61,969 bases of DNA from Actinomycetes bacterium (lineage in GTDB: Bacteria; Actinomycetota; Acidimicrobiia; Acidimicrobiales; UBA8190): positions 1 to 61,969 of the forward strand of contig JAKAYQ010000001.1 of NCBI GenBank assembly GCA_021826725.1, in the 5' to 3' direction. The position numbers and the translations under genes are program-made. This document shows positions 59,783 through 61,969 of this stretch, one piece after another. The notes under the pieces were generated by a model. It did no database searches and had not been told where the DNA came from. It worked only from the letters and a program-made list of their open reading frames with translations. Within the stretch, counting starts at the first letter, position 1, and each line of letters opens with the position of its first letter.

Positions 59783-59809
59783 GTCCTTCGGCAATAGCGA
59801 AGGACTTTT
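59783..59809 (+). terminator. canonical intrinsic-terminator-like hairpin GTCCTTCG-7nt-CGAAGGAC followed by TTTT (plus-strand orientation)
   Basis: Perfect 8-bp stem at 59783-90 / 59798-805, then TTTT at 59806-09. Both flanking genes are on the minus strand. Confidence 0.4.
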
Positions 59810-59842
59810 GGGCTGTGGCGCCCGGCTGGGTGGCTCAAGACC

Positions 59843-60118
59843 TCACTGCCGCTTCCCGGCGAGGGCGGCCCGGCGTCGCTCGAACTCCTCGTCGTCGATC
59901 TCGCCCCTGGCGTAGCGCTGCTCCAGGACCGACACTGCGTCGCTTCCCGCCGGGGGCCCGCCGCGACCCTGCTCGACCAGGTTGCGACCGCCGCCAGCCA
60001 GGGCTCGGTACGCCAGCACAGCGAGCAGGACGATCATCGCGGCAACCAACACCCAGACGACGATGACCCCGGCGTCCCAGATGCCCGGGCTCACCATGCG
60101 GTCCATGAAGTTGGTCAT
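59843..60118 (-). CDS. SHOCT-domain membrane protein (91 aa)
   Basis: GAGGAGG SD 5 nt before ATG 60118. One TM segment. ...VLEQRYARGEIDDEEFERRRAAL... Confidence 0.7.
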   Translation of the reverse strand: MTNFMDRMVSPGIWDAGVIVVWVLVAAMIVLLAVLAYRALAGGGRNLVEQGRGGPPAGSDAVSVLEQRYARGEIDDEEFERRRAALAGKRQ

Positions 60119-60264
60119 CTCGCCTCCTCGCGGATCGTCGAACAACTACACCTAGTCGTACCCGCCGTTGCGCCATCCGTACCCGACCCGAGGCCAAGTT
60201 GCACGGGATCCTCGCCCTCGATGGGTTCATGGCCGTGTGCGCGCCCCTCGGCCTTGTTCAGCCA

Positions 60265-60493
60265 TCAAGGCGTGGCGGCGTCGGCGTGGGGGCCCCCGTT
60301 CTGGTTCACGGAGCCCGCTGTTGCGTGTGCTCGCACGAGTCCTGCCACCACGGCGAGCCCGATCCCAGAGCCTCCGACCTCGGTCGCCTTTCCCTGGAAG
60401 AAACGCTCGAAGACGTGCCCCGGCCGAGAGCGCGGCTACCAGAGCGACCGCCGCCCCGCCGAGCGCCCAACGCTTGGTCCTCGTCGGCCTCAT
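60265..60493 (-). pseudogene. chimeric remnant: cupredoxin-like signal peptide (25 codons) joined out of frame to the last ~50 codons of a histidine-kinase gene
   Basis: MRPTRTKRWALGGAAVALVAALSAG parallels MRTAGTKRWAVGGVAFGLAAALSAG of 56999..57793. 60325-60418 is about 88% identical to 61529-61622 (HVFERFFxGKA..GGSGIGLAVVAGLVRAH). Confidence 0.7.
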
Positions 60494-60590
60494 GGGCCAC
60501 CTCCTCGTCCTCCATCAGCTACTACATCCGATCGAACCAACCGCCGGTGAAGATCCGACGAAGACCCGGTGCACGGGCCGCGCAATCAAC
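60494..60590 (-). promoter_or_regulatory. cupredoxin leader B (paralog of 57794..57895) preceding the decayed gene
   Basis: Same CGAGGAGGT SD block and the same 50-nt conserved core (60522-60571). Confidence 0.55.
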
Positions 60591-60762
60591 GGCGATTCGG
60601 GACCGTTGCGCCGGAGTCCGCCCAAGGGCGGCCTCGGACTACCGAGATAGGGCTCACGCACCGTGGTGGGTTCTAGCCTCCCCTCTGGGGGTCCCAACAG
60701 GCCAGCTGCAAGAACTACCGTCTGTCGGAGTCTGAGCCTGCGCACAGTACCCCGGAGGGAAT

Positions 60763-61215
60763 ATGGCCAGCTTCCGATCCCGCTACGAACAGCGCCGCAC
60801 GATCCGCACCGGCCAGCGCCCGCAGCAACTCCCGAGCGTCGCGCCGCCCATGGCCATGCTCGGTCTGCTCGGAGCGCAGTTCCTCCTTGGTATGGCCGTG
60901 AACCTGTTCGTACAGCTGCCCCCCTCGGGGGCAGCGATGGCCGCGATGATGAGCGGCAATCCGCTGGTCCCCCTGCACATGATGCTCGGCATGCTCCTCG
61001 GTGTGGGAGCTGTGCTGGCGGTCGTCCTCGCGCTGTCCGGTGGGAGAGCAGTGATTGGCTTCGCCGCGCTCGCCCTGGGCGGCATCGTGATTGCTGGGGT
61101 CGGCGGCCTGACGTTTCTCTTCGGCGGCCACGACAACAGCGCCTCGTTCCTCATGTCCGTCGGCTTTCTCGTCGCCGTCGGCGGCTACGTCGGCGAGCTC
61201 GCCTACCTCCGCTGA
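60763..61215 (+). CDS. four-TM membrane protein, function unknown (150 aa)
   Basis: GGAGGGAAT SD before the ATG. Met-rich hydrophobic helices (AAMAAMMSGNPLVPLHMMLGMLLG). Confidence 0.6.
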   Translation: MASFRSRYEQRRTIRTGQRPQQLPSVAPPMAMLGLLGAQFLLGMAVNLFVQLPPSGAAMAAMMSGNPLVPLHMMLGMLLGVGAVLAVVLALSGGRAVIGFAALALGGIVIAGVGGLTFLFGGHDNSASFLMSVGFLVAVGGYVGELAYLR

Positions 61216-61312
61216 AGCTCGGCGATCGCACGCCAAGGGCGACGTCGCTGTGACCTGCGTGGATGCCCAAATAAATGTGGCGTTCACCGCCCTGCCCGGC
61301 GGCCGACTGGGG

Positions 61313-61969
61313 TCAGGCGGAGGGCGTTCGCCTCGCTGCCGCCCCGTCGACGGCGGGGTACACGGTGGACGCCCGCGGCCCACCACGGTTCTCTCGCGCG
61401 ACGCCCCCCGTAGGAGAGGCAGGGGCACGCCGGGCGAAGACCCGGGACGCTTCCGGCACCCCCTGGGGGAGGCGGATGGTGAATGTCGTCCCGCTGCCCG
61501 GCTCGCTCGCCACGGCCACCTCGCCGCCGTGTGCTCGCACCAGCCCGGCCACCACGGCGAGCCCGATCCCAGAGCCTCCGACCCCGCTCGCCTTTCCCCG
61601 GAAGAAACGCTCGAAGACATGGGGCAGGTCCTCGGCTGCGATGCCGGGACCGTCGTCGGCCACCACGAGGCGGGCCCAGGTTCCCTCGGCGCCAAGCTCC
61701 ACCCGCACATGTCCCCCCGGGGGGACGAACTTGAGGGAGTTGGACAGCAGGTTGGCCACGACCTGGTGCATCCGGAACGGGTCGCCCGACACGCTCACCT
61801 CGGACAGGCGGGTCTCGACCGACAGTCCCCGCTCCTGCATCGCGCCGGCGAGCTCGGCGACGGCACCCTCGACGAGCGGAACCAGCGCCACTGTCTCGTG
61901 CTCGACGGAGAACGGCGCGCCGTCCGCCGAGGCGAGCGTCTCGAGGTCGGCCACCAGGCGAGATCGGAA
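61313..61969 (-). CDS. sensor histidine kinase, C-terminal part (N-terminus beyond the window end)
   Basis: HATPase_c boxes: N box QVVANLLSNSLKF, G1 VADDGPGI, F/G2 FERFFRGKASGVGGSGIGLAVV. The frame stays open to 61969. Confidence 0.8.
   Translation of the reverse strand, partial: FRSRLVADLETLASADGAPFSVEHETVALVPLVEGAVAELAGAMQERGLSVETRLSEVSVSGDPFRMHQVVANLLSNSLKFVPPGGHVRVELGAEGTWARLVVADDGPGIAAEDLPHVFERFFRGKASGVGGSGIGLAVVAGLVRAHGGEVAVASEPGSGTTFTIRLPQGVPEASRVFARRAPASPTGGVARENRGGPRASTVYPAVDGAAARRTPSA

Overview
The window is about 72% GC and has actinobacterial-type codon usage. All calls come from reading the six-frame translations and the DNA by eye. No database search was run, so family names are motif-based inferences. 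The many Arg/Pro/Gly-rich ORFs in alternative frames are treated as GC-driven shadow ORFs. Most long N-terminal extensions in the ORF track were trimmed to starts supported by a Shine-Dalgarno (SD) sequence or by ATGA/GTGA stop-start overlaps.

Layout:
(1) 1-570: a chromosomal-looking ORF and tRNA-Glu(CUC).
(2) 529-15531: the integration and transfer core of a putative integrative conjugative element (ICE). It holds a large serine recombinase whose ORF ends inside the tRNA anticodon loop, two tandem SPPY DNA methyltransferase paralogs, two HTH proteins flanking a dense CTGATGGA iteron cluster, and a Gram-positive-type T4SS module. That module encodes a VirB2-like pilin, a VirB6-like protein, a PrgI/VirB3-like protein, VirB4, a coupling ATPase, a replication-relaxation protein and an SLT+NlpC/P60 hydrolase.
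(3) 15.5-62 kb: almost entirely minus-strand cargo:
- a copZ / P1B-ATPase / merR-family operon with a CueR-type promoter;
- a complete Tad/Flp pilus locus with an embedded LysM-TM-SARP/BTAD protein;
- an MmyB-type regulator and an MFS transporter;
- a persulfide module (ArsR-rhodanese plus MBL with two rhodanese domains);
- a thiol-redox and copper cluster (two CcdA-like proteins, several TlpA/redoxins, a Grx-like protein, a CopC-CopD fusion) with a BlaI repressor and a sensor-less M56 protease;
- an ArsR-regulated merA operon with a MerT-like small protein and thioredoxin-fold proteins;
- ccmF-ccmH-ccmI-like genes plus a divergent ccmG-like gene, without ccmABCDE;
- a PIG-L/cysteine-dioxygenase fusion with a cupredoxin and an SQR-like flavoprotein;
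- a decayed paralogous cassette and a partial histidine kinase.

Most interesting observation: a 17-bp dyad, T(A/G)CGAY-N5-GTAGTN, occurs six times. Every copy is intergenic and on the same strand. The copies sit in front of blaI itself, copCD, both ccdA-like operons, the ccm divergent region and the tad/mmyB divergent region. This suggests a BlaI/M56-controlled envelope redox/metal regulon.

Other candidates are an oriT-like palindromic 12-mer array upstream of the relaxation gene, conserved paralogous leaders upstream of the cupredoxin genes, and a non-canonical mer transport set.
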